NCBI GenBank assembly: GCA_051362555.1
Contig: CM120647.1
Span: 17,522,651-17,586,650, forward strand
Direction: 5' to 3'
Length of the DNA: 64,000 bases
Origin: Lingula anatina
Lineage: Eukaryota > Animalia > Brachiopoda
The notes under the pieces are model-generated. The model searched no databases and was not told where the DNA came from. It saw nothing but the letters and a program-made list of their open reading frames with translations. Numbering within the stretch: the first letter of the stretch is position 1; each line of letters begins with the position of its first letter. Positions 1-11,600 of the stretch are shown here, in pieces. Both the position numbers and the translations under genes were made by a program.

Positions 1-681
1 TTTCATGCAATAAAATTACTACATATGACAGCAGGTTTCCAGTATTTTCAGCATATTTCTACAACATGTATGTCTTCATTGCCAGATTTGCATCTCTTCT
101 ATCAAAGAGATTATTTTGATTTCATGACAACAAGTAATAATTCACAGAAGCTCAAAAATACCACGTAATTCAAAGAAAAAATACTGAAATTTTGATAAGC
201 TTTCACTGAAGAGCACCAATAGCATTTCCAATGTTGATTCATATATGTTTCTAATGACTGATATGCAATAAAAGATTACCACTGAAGCAGACACTTTCAG
301 TGCTATCCTAATCAATATTCATCTAACACTGCATATTACACGTTATCAAACTATTTGTGGTGTTCTACACTAATATTTCGGCACATTAAGCAAATCCTCA
401 ACACAGCACACTTCAAGAAATTACTTCAGTTCACTCTGAGTAAGACAAGACACAAACTAGTAAAATGTTGACCTAGCCTAATGTATGGTTAGAAAAATAA
501 CATCAAGTTACTTGTGAGGCTGTGTTTTGTATCATTCATCTAAAATACACATCATTATTTTAGTCAACTACATGTAAGCTGCTCTTTGCTGCACCCAGGA
601 CACATAGTGGATAATACACAGCAGACACTTGGTGGTTACAAAAAGGACACACAGTGGACAAACAATGGACACACCCTTTAC

Positions 682-1948
682 CTCCTTGGCTGAATCCTCA
701 CTTTCACTTTCACTTTCAACAAGATGACACTATAACAGAACATCACTTATGATAACAGAGACTGCTTGACAGAGAACAAACCTTCATCTCTTAATATCCA
801 CTGACACATTGAAATTTTAAAATACCCCTGATACAAGCAAGCAGACACACACATATAATGCATGCATATAAATAATAACCAGGTGTTACCACAGGCACTT
901 GCCATCATTATCCTTTAACAACAAGTGTGACTACTGCAGCATTCTTATAATAAAATAACGCAAGCCTGTTTCACAAATTGATCTTGAACTTAAGTCGTTT
1001 CGTGAAACAGTCCCCACACAGCTGTAACAGTTAATAAATACACAGTTCACATTACCTCTCCATTGGCTGTTTTGATAGAAGACTTGGTAGGCTGGGGTGC
1101 AGGGCGGCTATAGCCCAGCTCCTGTAGCATACTCTCTGCTGCATTTCTCTTGGCCAGCTTTTTGTTAGGCCCCGTGCCTTTACACTGCTTGTCACCCACT
1201 GTGACCTGTAAGGAGAAATTGAATGTTGAAGAAGTTATGGCAGGAGTTTCATGCTACATCAAAGCCAAAGACAAGTTTGACAGAATATGTTTAAGCAAGA
1301 CAACAATCTGTTAACTACCTTCACCCTACTGTCAAGCAAAAGTTTTCAGATGGCACTAGCAACATTTGCTATTTTTGTAACATAACGTAACCTTGGCGTG
1401 TGTTTGTGTGCATGCACATGTGTGATTATGTATTTTTGCAACATAACAGTGTGTTGCTTATTAAATGATGTGAATCTCAATCTTATTACAAGTGTATGTG
1501 TCTGATCGTGTCTATGGTTGAGCCCATGTTAGCAGGCCTAAGTGCTTGCATATACATGTTCACTCTCCATTTCCCTGTGAGTCAATTCACCTGCATAATA
1601 AACTCTCTCTTCCTCGGCATCCCCTTCTCAGCCACCAGCGTGTACACAGGCTCCTTCTCCTTCTTAGCCTGCTGGATCTGAATTAGTCGACTAATGGGGT
1701 TGATACCCACGCCGTAGTCCAAGCTGGCTTTCTGGACCTGGAAAAACATGTCAAACATCAGATTTTGTAGACAAAACAACACAGCGGAAATGTACTTTTT
1801 TCTTGACCTGCAGAATTTATAGTAGATGCCCAATGGCTCTATGCCTATGCTGAAGATCAAGTTGATTTGCTGAACCTAGAGAATACTGCGAAGTAGTCTA
1901 TGGAAAAGATTTGTACTGTGGTTATGGTTGAAGTACAAGACAAGATTA

Positions 1949-1993
<45 letters not shown>

Positions 1994-4900
1994 CATATAT
2001 GTTATATATTTATACTGGCCTCAGGTACAACCTTAACAAGGTTACGATTCTTCTTCTTAGCCATGGGTCTTTTGATCTTAGGCTTCACCACTTGTTGTGT
2101 GACTGGGGGCAACTTCTGCAGCCTCTCCAGCATCATCTCTGCTGCTCGTTTCTTTGAGATCTTCTTGCTGTTGCCCTCGCCTTCGGTTTCGAATTCCCCA
2201 CACGTGCATTTCGTGATGAACAGTTTCATGTGCGGGGGACCAGATTCGCGGGTTATCTGTCACAAAGCATAGAGAAAAATTTCAGAAATGGGCAGGTTCC
2301 TTAAAACAGTTTGGAAAGAAATACATAGTGTCATATTGAAAGCAAGCATGAAGGAAAGACTTCTCTTATTTACATTATAATAAATACACTGAAACTTTCT
2401 ACTACCATAAAGCACATTTTCTATTTTACAAAATGCTTCCTTCCACACTACTGAGAGTGCACTGTAAAATCATTCAATAAAAAAAAATAAAGAAATCACT
2501 CACAGTTTGAACCACCTTCATATTAGCATATGTGACACTGATATGCAGTGCTTATTAAGAGAAGCAACAGTTCACCGTTGAAACTAAACAAACATACTTC
2601 AAAGTTCACAGCTAGGTTCCTCTTGAGGGCAATTTCATGAACCAGGCTGATTTCCGACTTCAGCTGGTCATCAGTAGCACCATTAGCAGCTGAAAAACAA
2701 GAGAATTGTGTTAGTTGTGACAGAAACATAGTGTATTATGTTTTGGCAAAGAGATTGCAGTGGTAAGACATAAATGTTTAAGTTTTTAAAAGATGTAATT
2801 GCAGATGATTTCAGGCAAATGCTGGCTCTGGGTGCAAGTGTGTGCATACATATGTGTACAGAAATGCTTACATGCAAGTTCTAAAATATAACATTTCTTA
2901 TTTTCAATCAATAAAATCTAACATTTATGCCTTACATCAAAGACAGCATAGTATGAGAGAAAGTAACTGCATGTGACTATGCCAGTGTTATCCAGACATG
3001 GGGAAACCACCTGTCCCACTGGAGATGACCAAATTGAAATGCTAGAGGACCTGCAAGATTTTTAATATCCAAAGTCTTTAGGACTAGCTAGGTTTATGTG
3101 AAAATACAACACATAATAATAATAACTAGCATGTAAACATAGTCTAACAGAAATAAATTACTTAGTTTGAACTCCGAAGAATGTTGTGAGAACATTCAGA
3201 TTTCTTCTTGTGTATGTCCTCTAGACCTTCAGCATTTTCAAAGTTTTTCCCCATGTCTGGTAACCTACTGCATGTGCTGCAAATCTCCAGGATACTTACC
3301 ACCGTCACCCACTCCGTCGCTCACTTGGAGTGGTGCTTTCTCTTGGTTTGGCATAGGGAGAGCGGCCAGCGTTTTCAGCGCCTTTGAAGCGGCAAGATGG
3401 CGAGCAGCCTGGCGCGTGTTGCCCTCACCCATGAATTCTCGGTTGCCCACCTTCAAGGACACGTAGAACACTTTCTGTGCTTTTGGATAATGATATCTAG
3501 AAAAGAAAGTCTGGATATTACCCGGGTTGCAGCTATGTTGTCAATTTATCTGCCAATTTGGAAGTCTTCTACTATGATATTTTCTTACCTACGCTGCTGC
3601 TTGACTTAGCTGGTTTGTGCTTTAGAAAAAGGGTCATTATTAATCTTTGCAAATAGGCTGTTATCTACCTTTGGTTGTACATGTTATTTACCTTTGGTTG
3701 TACATGCCCCTGAAGTCCAAGTTAGGTGGCCCATAGCACGCAGGTCTGGGAGGCTCAATGGGGCGGTACACAGCAGGTTCTCCTCGTTTCATGGCCAGAG
3801 CATTCAGTTCCACTGTGGGAGTTATGGTACCGGAGGAAGAAGGATCTTGGGGAAAGAATAACAGAATGATTTCATGAAATTGTCCTTAAAAAAGGTGGCA
3901 GAATAACATAATAATCTGACATACTGATTAAAAAGAAAAATAAGTCAAGTGAAGTCAGTTATTTTATATTTCATCTTTGGACAGTTGGCTTTAGAATAAC
4001 TAGTAACAATGAAAAACAATTTAAAGGAAAACTATTTGGAAAAAAATAAATAAAAGTTGTTTCTGCCATCATACTCATAATTCATCTTCATATCAAGATG
4101 TCAATAATGAAAAATAATAAGAGGCTCACAAAGGCCCCACCCTCTAATACAATGATTCTTTTTCATCAAAACTGTAACAAAGTTTATTCAGCATACCACA
4201 GACTCCTGTACCATCCACATACTTTGCTGGTTTAGGCGGAGGATGTTTGTACTGTGTCTTCTCTAACGCAATGTCAGCTGCTGCATGCTGCGCCTTTTTG
4301 ATGCTGGCGCCATTTGCTGCGTACTCTTCGTCACCTAACTTGAGCTTCACAAAGAAAGTTTTCTTGTGAGCTGGGCCTTGTTCGTCAGTTAATGTGTATT
4401 GGTGGAGTATCTGAGGAGAATAAAAACAAAACCAATCAGTACTTTCCTTTTTTTTTTCTTTTCCTAGATTTAAGAACAAATATCAATATTAGAAAACATA
4501 CAAGTATTCAAATGAATCCTCAATTAAAGAAAATATGTACATAATATAATATCTAAAAAATTACAATCAAAATCAAACATTTTTTTAACATAAGAACAGA
4601 CCTCAATGTGATTTTTAAAAGATGAAATGTTTTCCAAAGACTTTCTACTAAATTACATGACAATTCAGGTACCTTATTGTAGCGGGCTAACTCATTGATT
4701 AAGCACATTGGGGTTTTCTCTTTTGTGTTTGCCATGGACACTTGACCATCTCCACCTGCCCCGGGTGGTGTCGGGACAGCGGTGGCAGTGGCGGGATCTG
4801 ACTTTCTGTGGAATACTGGAGCATCTTTGACTGGCACCATCTGCTGGGCCATCACTGCTCCAGCACCACCTGGTGGACAGTGAGAGGAAAGAGAGAAATT

Positions 4901-6045
4901 TACAAATCTGAATATGAAAAATGCTGTTATTTTGCTACAGATAAATCAAAAATTATTTGGGATAATTTGTTAAACTATTTTCCTGATGTGTCTTTTCATC
5001 CCCCCACCACACTGCCCCTTCCATTCTTTTGCAACTTATACAGTACACATTCCAAACATATTCCAACAGAGAAAGATATTTCACGTTTTTTACAAATGCT
5101 ACAAATAAGTGGTTCATTCATATAAATTTTTCAATATACTCAACAATTTATTTAAAAGCTTATAGAATAGTTAAGAAAAATGTAAAGCCTATTACAGTTA
5201 CAGTAATGTTGTCAATTAACTTCTTGGTTTACTAAACTGTTTATATCCCCCTCCCACTCTTCTACTTGCCACCCCACCCCTCTCCCTAAGCCCTACCCAC
5301 ACATACCAGGTATAACAGCTGTGGGGATAACTCCGGGTACGGTTACCAGCCCAGGGGTTAACCCAACCCCTGGGGCGGGAGCCATCATCCCCTGGGGTGA
5401 GGCCAGCTGCAGCATGGGGGTGGTGGCTGCAGCAGTGCTCACCGCTATACCAGATCCTGACAGAGAGAGCGAGAGAAAGAACCTGTTATAAAATATGACT
5501 GGCTGATTTTATCACACATAGCTGATAGATCTACCTCAGGCAGGATGTTTTGAACTTCCCATACTACTTCAATTGGTTCTATGTTCCATTGCTTTTTCTA
5601 CTTTTATCTTTTAGATATATATTATTGTGGTAACTAAACATGAGAAGGTCCGTCTTAGTAAGAAATTGATTTCTGGGTCAATTGGACAACTGGTTCCCAG
5701 TCAACAATTTTCATCGTTCTTGATTTTGTTGTTGGTCACTTCCATACAATCTAATAGAAACAAACTGTCAGGAGATAATACTACACACATTAAGAAAATG
5801 TCAAAAACCTTTACTAGCAAAATTGGGCTGGTAACTTTTTTTTTTACCAAAGCGGCCAATTTATTTCAGACCAGTGTCTAAGGTCTAGGACTATGATCTC
5901 AGATTGGTGTAAGAGTTATCAGTAAGTTTTTTTTAGGGCAACTGTATCACACTGGTCATCACTCACCTGTATTTACTCACTCACCTGTATTTCCAGGGCC
6001 AGGGTCACTGACACCAGGAGGGGGGGTTTGTTTCATCTGTGACAT
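682..6045 (-). CDS. stau: Double-stranded RNA-binding protein Staufen homolog (multi-exon; 3' part continues beyond the left edge)
   Basis: Phase-consistent GT-AG exons on the minus strand: 6045-5985 ([11 protein letters not shown]...), 5456-5307, 4869-4673 ([21 protein letters not shown], matching the STAU2 N-terminus/dsRBD1), 4410-4197 ([12 protein letters not shown]...[10 protein letters not shown]), 3845-3692 ([22 protein letters not shown], split dsRBD2), 3496-3300, 2689-2598 ([16 protein letters not shown], dsRBD3), 2256-~2030 ([10 protein letters not shown]...[14 protein letters not shown]), 1737-1591 ([19 protein letters not shown], dsRBD4), 1205-1056 ([15 protein letters not shown]), and a probable small exon 729-682. 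Confidence 0.96.
1946..1992. repeat. (TTA)n microsatellite
   Basis: Direct reading. Confidence 0.95.
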
Positions 6046-6550
6046 CCTAGAAATAATGATATGAATGGTAACACTGTCTTAAGAAATCTAACACCAGGAG
6101 GGGGGGTTTGTTTCATCTGTGACATCCTAGAAATAAAGATATGAATGGTAACACTGTCTTAAGAAATCTAACACCAGGAGGGGGGTTTGTTTCATCTGTG
6201 ACATCCTAGAAATAAAGATATGAATGGTAACACTGTCTTAAGAAAGCTTACACCAGCAGTAAGGGGTTTGTTTCATCTGTGACTTCCTAGAACTAGAGAT
6301 ATGAAAGGTAACATTGTCTTAAGAAAGCTAACACCAGGAGTGGGGGGTTTGTTTCATCTGTGACATCCTAGAAATAGAGATTATCAGATAGATATGAATG
6401 GTGGCATTGTCTGAAGAAAGAAAAAACATCAGGAGTGGGGAGGGTTGTTTTATCTGTAATATCCTGGAAATAGACATATATAATAGTAGGAATGGTGAAT
6501 TCGTCTTTAGGAAGAAAAAAATTCAAGGAGGGGGGTTTGTTTCATCTGTG
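6011..6550. repeat. Tandem array (~7 copies, ~80 bp unit) of the Staufen acceptor + start-codon segment
   Basis: The unit acaccaggagggggggtttgtttcatctgtgacatcctagaaataaagatatgaatggtaacactgtcttaagaaa recurs at ~6011, 6091, 6171, 6250, 6331, 6426 and 6522. Copies diverge more with distance from the exon. Confidence 0.93.
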
Positions 6551-8143
6551 AGGTAACAAAGGAAGAGACACACATACAAGAAAAATGTCTTTCATCAGGA
6601 GATCTGCTTGTATTTTATTCATACTATGTCACTTGCTTCAAAAATGTCCATTAACAGACCCATAAATAGTAAAAGGATGACCAAAAGGTTTTGCAAAAAA
6701 TTCCACCGTTAATCTGATATATCAACCCCTCCCTCCCCTTTAAAAAAAGATCAATGCCTCTGAAAACAACTTACCTTGACCTGCAAATATAAAAAACAGC
6801 TGTAGGTCACAGAATCTGTGATGCGCTAATTGCCTGATAGGGTTAAGCATCAACTTGAATTTGGGAAAGTTGTGCTATGAATTGGAGAATTTTAGACATA
6901 GAAACCATGGAGACACCCGTAATAAAACAGTTCTGAAGAATGAATCACAAAGTGATAATTATTTCTTACCAAAAATATCATTTTAGTTGAAAATTGAAGA
7001 CTTAGAAGTGCAAGACTTAGAAGTGCAAGCTTCCCAACCGGATTCTTGACTCCTGTTTACTATGCAAAAACAATATTTTGACTAGTGTTAACCACTGCAA
7101 ATAATAACAGGCCACAAGGTCTCCATGGTATCCCAATGTAAAGTGTCTGCTGTTTAGTTATTTCCCCCATTTATTTGCTCAGCAAAATTGACCGGTTTAA
7201 AAGTGCTTAAAAAGTTCAATTATAGAAAAGCAAATGGACATCAAAGGGTCTTTACCCCTACAGGTAAGAAAAGTGAAAGAACATGGGCTGTTATTGAATT
7301 TGGAAACACACCTCACAGGTATATAATGACCATTCTGTCAGATAGCTCAACCTGATAGCCCCGTCTTTTATGAGACAACATTGACAAGAAGTACATCACA
7401 GATCACATAGCTAATAATCTCTCAGGTCTAAGGAAAAGGGCACATTTTCAAAGCTAAATATCTGCATTATTAACAACCAATTTGTTTATATATATTGGTA
7501 TGTAAATTGATAACTGAACAAGTACTCTAAACTGTATCTCCCATAAGCCATGTTGTAATTGATCAGTTGTCTTATTAGACCTGCTGAAAGTTAAGTCAGT
7601 GAGCACATGATCTACCTATAAGTCAGTTAGGCCAGCTACTTCATTATAAACTGAGCTAGAGTTCTTGTCAGGTCTGTCCTCTTTTAAAAACAAATTCAGA
7701 AATAATGATGTTGTAAAGGAAGAAACATAGCTGGGACACAAATGTAATTAAATTGATTGTGAATGGCCAGGACCTGCTTCTTATTATCAATACTTTATTC
7801 ATGCAATGCAATGATTCTTGCTACAACCCAGTCTTATCTCAGACACCGAGATAGGCTAGAGTGAGAATGGAGGAAAATTTGTTGGAATGCTGCCAACGGT
7901 ATGCTCTATGCTTATTCTATTTATTTATCATTATAATCGAATGCAATTTTCAAAGTACCTTTATAATCTTCTTGTTGCACTCCTTTCGCATAAAACTGTC
8001 ACTTTAACTATCAAATTATTGGATAGGAAATACCATAACATGTGGAAATGTTACTGACTACTACACAGACACTACGGTTTCTTTCTCATTCAGCGTTTTT
8101 CTCCCCGGCGTTCGTTCACTGTTTTCTCAATAAAAATACTCAC

Positions 8144-8618
8144 CTAAACAAAAGCAAACTGTATATTTCCAAGCTTTAGGCTAATTTAAATATTTCCACG
8201 TAGGTCAGGTAAAAATTACGCTATTCATGAGAGAAAAAAATCGATGGCAAACAGTAAAGAAAATGACAGACTAACACCCTTCCATGTTGGTCTGCACCCA
8301 GAGTGACGTCATTAGGAAGTTTTTCGAGATTTTAGTTTCGCAGGATTTTTAACTTTCAAATACAAGATTAAACCATCAAAATTGTCTTTTTATGATTTAC
8401 TCCACAATCTGAAGTACAAAATATACACAGACGCTTGGTAATATCGAAATAGAAAGGAGTGATAGGTCACCCGAAGGTCGTTCCCATCATCCATTTTTTT
8501 TTTTCAATATGGCGGTGTAAACAAATCGGAGCAGAAATTTGATTTCAAATATTTTTCGGCGACAGGATGTTGCATGACGTAGATCTGGATGCCACAGATT
8601 GACCGTAAATTAACCATC
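8144..8618. promoter_or_regulatory. Bidirectional promoter / 5' UTR region shared by Staufen (-) and FBXO16 (+)
   Basis: Minus-strand donor (tttag|gtgagt) at 8143. FBXO16 ATG at 8619. Locally CpG-retaining. Perfect CRE TGACGTCA at 8304-8311 next to an ETS-like GGAAGT. YY1-like AATATGGCGG at ~8506. Confidence 0.65.
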
Positions 8619-11600
8619 ATGTCGATGTCAAGAGACGCTAGAATATCTCTTGTCGCCAAAAACAGACTTAAAAGCAGTTGGACACCGCTGAGTAACGAGG
8701 ATCACAATCACCAGGTGAATCCCCATTAGCGTTAACAATCACCTAATTATGTCAACACTGTAAAAATGTCGAACTCTTTAAAGAATATTTTCAGTGGCTT
8801 TACTCAGTTCTCAAAACCTGTCAAACCTGTAAAATTTCCAACTGATACATACATTCCTGTTGTGATAAAGAAAACTGAAATGAAGTTCAGTTAGAGAATA
8901 ATTGGGTTTGTGCTTGCTGGGTACACTGTTAATAAGACATAAGTGTTGTAGAGTGCTTCCGCATTTATTAATGATTTCAAGGTTATCAAAAAATGATGTT
9001 ATCACTATGTAAATCTTTGCATAGGCAATGCTCAGGATCAAATGTTGGAAAACTGATGCACCATGCGCACTCTGGATGAAAAAATATAATTTATTACTTC
9101 TTCTAAATTCACCTTTCAGATATTTGAAGAAAGGCGACAACTAGTATCAAAATGGGTGAGCAAATAATTATTCAGAGCATACTTAATTTTTTCCTTTGTG
9201 TACTTGCTTTCAAGTAAAGGCTGTCCTGATTCAATAAGGTGACTGAAAGTATTGCATATGTGCAAAATTTTTACACATTGCAATTGAAAAAAAAAACAAT
9301 ATTAATTTGTCCACCAATGGTTTTTAATAAATTAATTATTATTGTTTTTATTATAAGTAGTAGTATTGTTGTTGTTGTTATTATCATTATGTGCAGTTTG
9401 ACAAATGGACAGATGAACAAAGAAAGAAAATACTTGAAGATCTCACAGGAAAATGTAGGAAGAAGCAGCTGGAATTCACTGCAGACATAGTGAACAAAAA
9501 AGTCCCCATTTATCACCAGGACTTCACGCGGGTGCTGCCTAGAGTCCTCTCTCTCTATCTCTTCTCTTTTCTCGACCCACGTAGCCTGTGTCGGAGCTCA
9601 AGGGTAAGTCTGGCTGCTTTAAACCCTCTCATGTCTTGCAGCTTGAGTGGGAGAGCCTTGGGATCTAAGTCACTCAATTTCAAATATTAAAATTGATTGA
9701 GATACGTCCAAGGCAGTTCTTAATCTCTGGTCTTGGGTTGCAAGGTAGTAGCATAATTTTCTTTCACAACTCAGTGGTGAGTTTATCTTGTTAACAATCT
9801 ACCATGGGTTGAATGGAAAAGCTAAGAATTAAGTTAACAGCATATATTGTGTTAAATATGTCCAATCACTGCATTAGAGATGACAAATCATTGTGTCAGA
9901 TGTGACAGGTAGTTCTGCTAGATGTTACATATGATTGCGGTAGTTGTGACATGTGATTATTACATTGTTTCAGGTGTGCTGGTACTGGAAATTCCTTGCA
10001 GAGTCAGATGAGATCTGGATGGCCAAGTGTATGCGGCTGGGCTGGTACCTGCCCTTCACACCCAGTCCGTATGAGAGAGGCCTGTGGAAGAAACATTATG
10101 TAGAAACAATTAGAGGAATACAGTATATCAGACCAAAGGTATGCATTGTGTTAGTTGTGACCAGTGAATGTGTTAGGTGTGACTGAAGGAAATGTGTCAG
10201 TTGTGCCTGATGATTGTGTTGTCTGGGACAGGAGATTGTGTTAGGTGTAACTGTAAGGATTGTGTTGGTTGTTTCCACATTCATGGATAGCTTAGACAAC
10301 ATATGAATGATGCAGCACAATTAAATAAATCTCTATGTCAACCTCACAGGAGTATCCCAAACCAGAGTCCACTTTGCCTCCTCCGTCAGAAGACATGGAG
10401 AGCATGACAATACATTCCCCAAAAGATGACCATGACAGGCGGAGTCGTAGGCCTCCAAGGCCAAGGTCAGGGAAAGACACGCCCACCTCTTCCTCCAGGA
10501 AACCTGCTGCAGCCGTTCCAGGAAAACCACCCCCCTGGAAGGGATCTGATCCCACACCTAAGGACACTTGGAGATATAATTACTTGGATAATGAAGATGA
10601 AGTGGAAAAAGTTTCCAGGCTGTAAGATTTTTTTATTGTTATTATTATAAACTAATATATTATTTTTAAGGAAGAGATCTGCTTATTTATATGCTGTTCC
10701 TATTTCTTCATTTATTTCCATATTGCAACTTTTTTTTTTTTTTTTTTTTTTTTTATAAGTGTGCTTATTTTAAAACAGAATCCGAAAATTTTATTTTTGC
10801 TGTTGAGGCAATTTAAAGAGGTTCTTGAAGTAAAACACTATTATGTTGAGAAATGTTTCTGAGAAATTACCTTGAAAGTATCAAAATAATTGTGTAGTTG
10901 TATCTGGATATTATTTATCATCATGGTAACTGACAGATATGTCTTTCTGACAGGAGAAAAAAAGGTTTTTACAGTGCTGAGACAGAGCAGATCTCAAAGG
11001 AAGCCAAAAGTAAAGTGAAGACAGGAAAGAATGTGCTCAATACTAAGATAGTCACAAACCCAAGGAGGTCAAGATCTCTTACTGTGAGTGGTTTGTGATT
11101 CACTAAGCAGAATGATATCTACAGTTAAAGCCAACTTATCAATGGATATAGATTCGTGGATTATTTCTTTCGTTTTATAAAATAATGTGATATGTTGACA
11201 TGTTTTGCCACATTTTATTCAGCCTGTTAGGTCAGTCACAATTCCACAGTCTGCATTCTTTATATAAACAACACAGACTTCTTCCAAACATGCCAGACCC
11301 ATTCATACACTTGTCAGCTGTCACAACAACACAGTTTTCTGTTGCATCTAACAGACTGATACTATCACAACTAACACAATTCTCTGTCTCACCTAACACA
11401 CTACCTGTTACTATCACAACTAACACAATTCTGTCTCACCTAACACACTACCTGTTACTATCACAACTAACACAATTCTCTGTCTCACCTAACACACTTT
11501 CTGTTACTATCACAACTAACACAATTCTCTGTCTCACCTAACACACTGTCTGTTATACAATAGAGAGAGGATATAGAACAACACAATCAGGAACCAACCA

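Noticed and set aside
964-1012. Hairpin ctgtttcac...gtgaaacag in a Staufen intron as an autoregulatory dsRNA
   Set aside because: The stem is short and looks like the remnant ends of a collapsed MITE; no further support.
1900-2272. Poly-Leu / poly-Tyr ORFs on the plus strand
   Set aside because: Translations of a (TTA)n microsatellite, antisense to a Staufen exon.
6011-6550. Regularly spaced repeats resembling a CRISPR array
   Set aside because: Eukaryotic intron, whole units are repeated with no unique spacers, and there are no cas genes.
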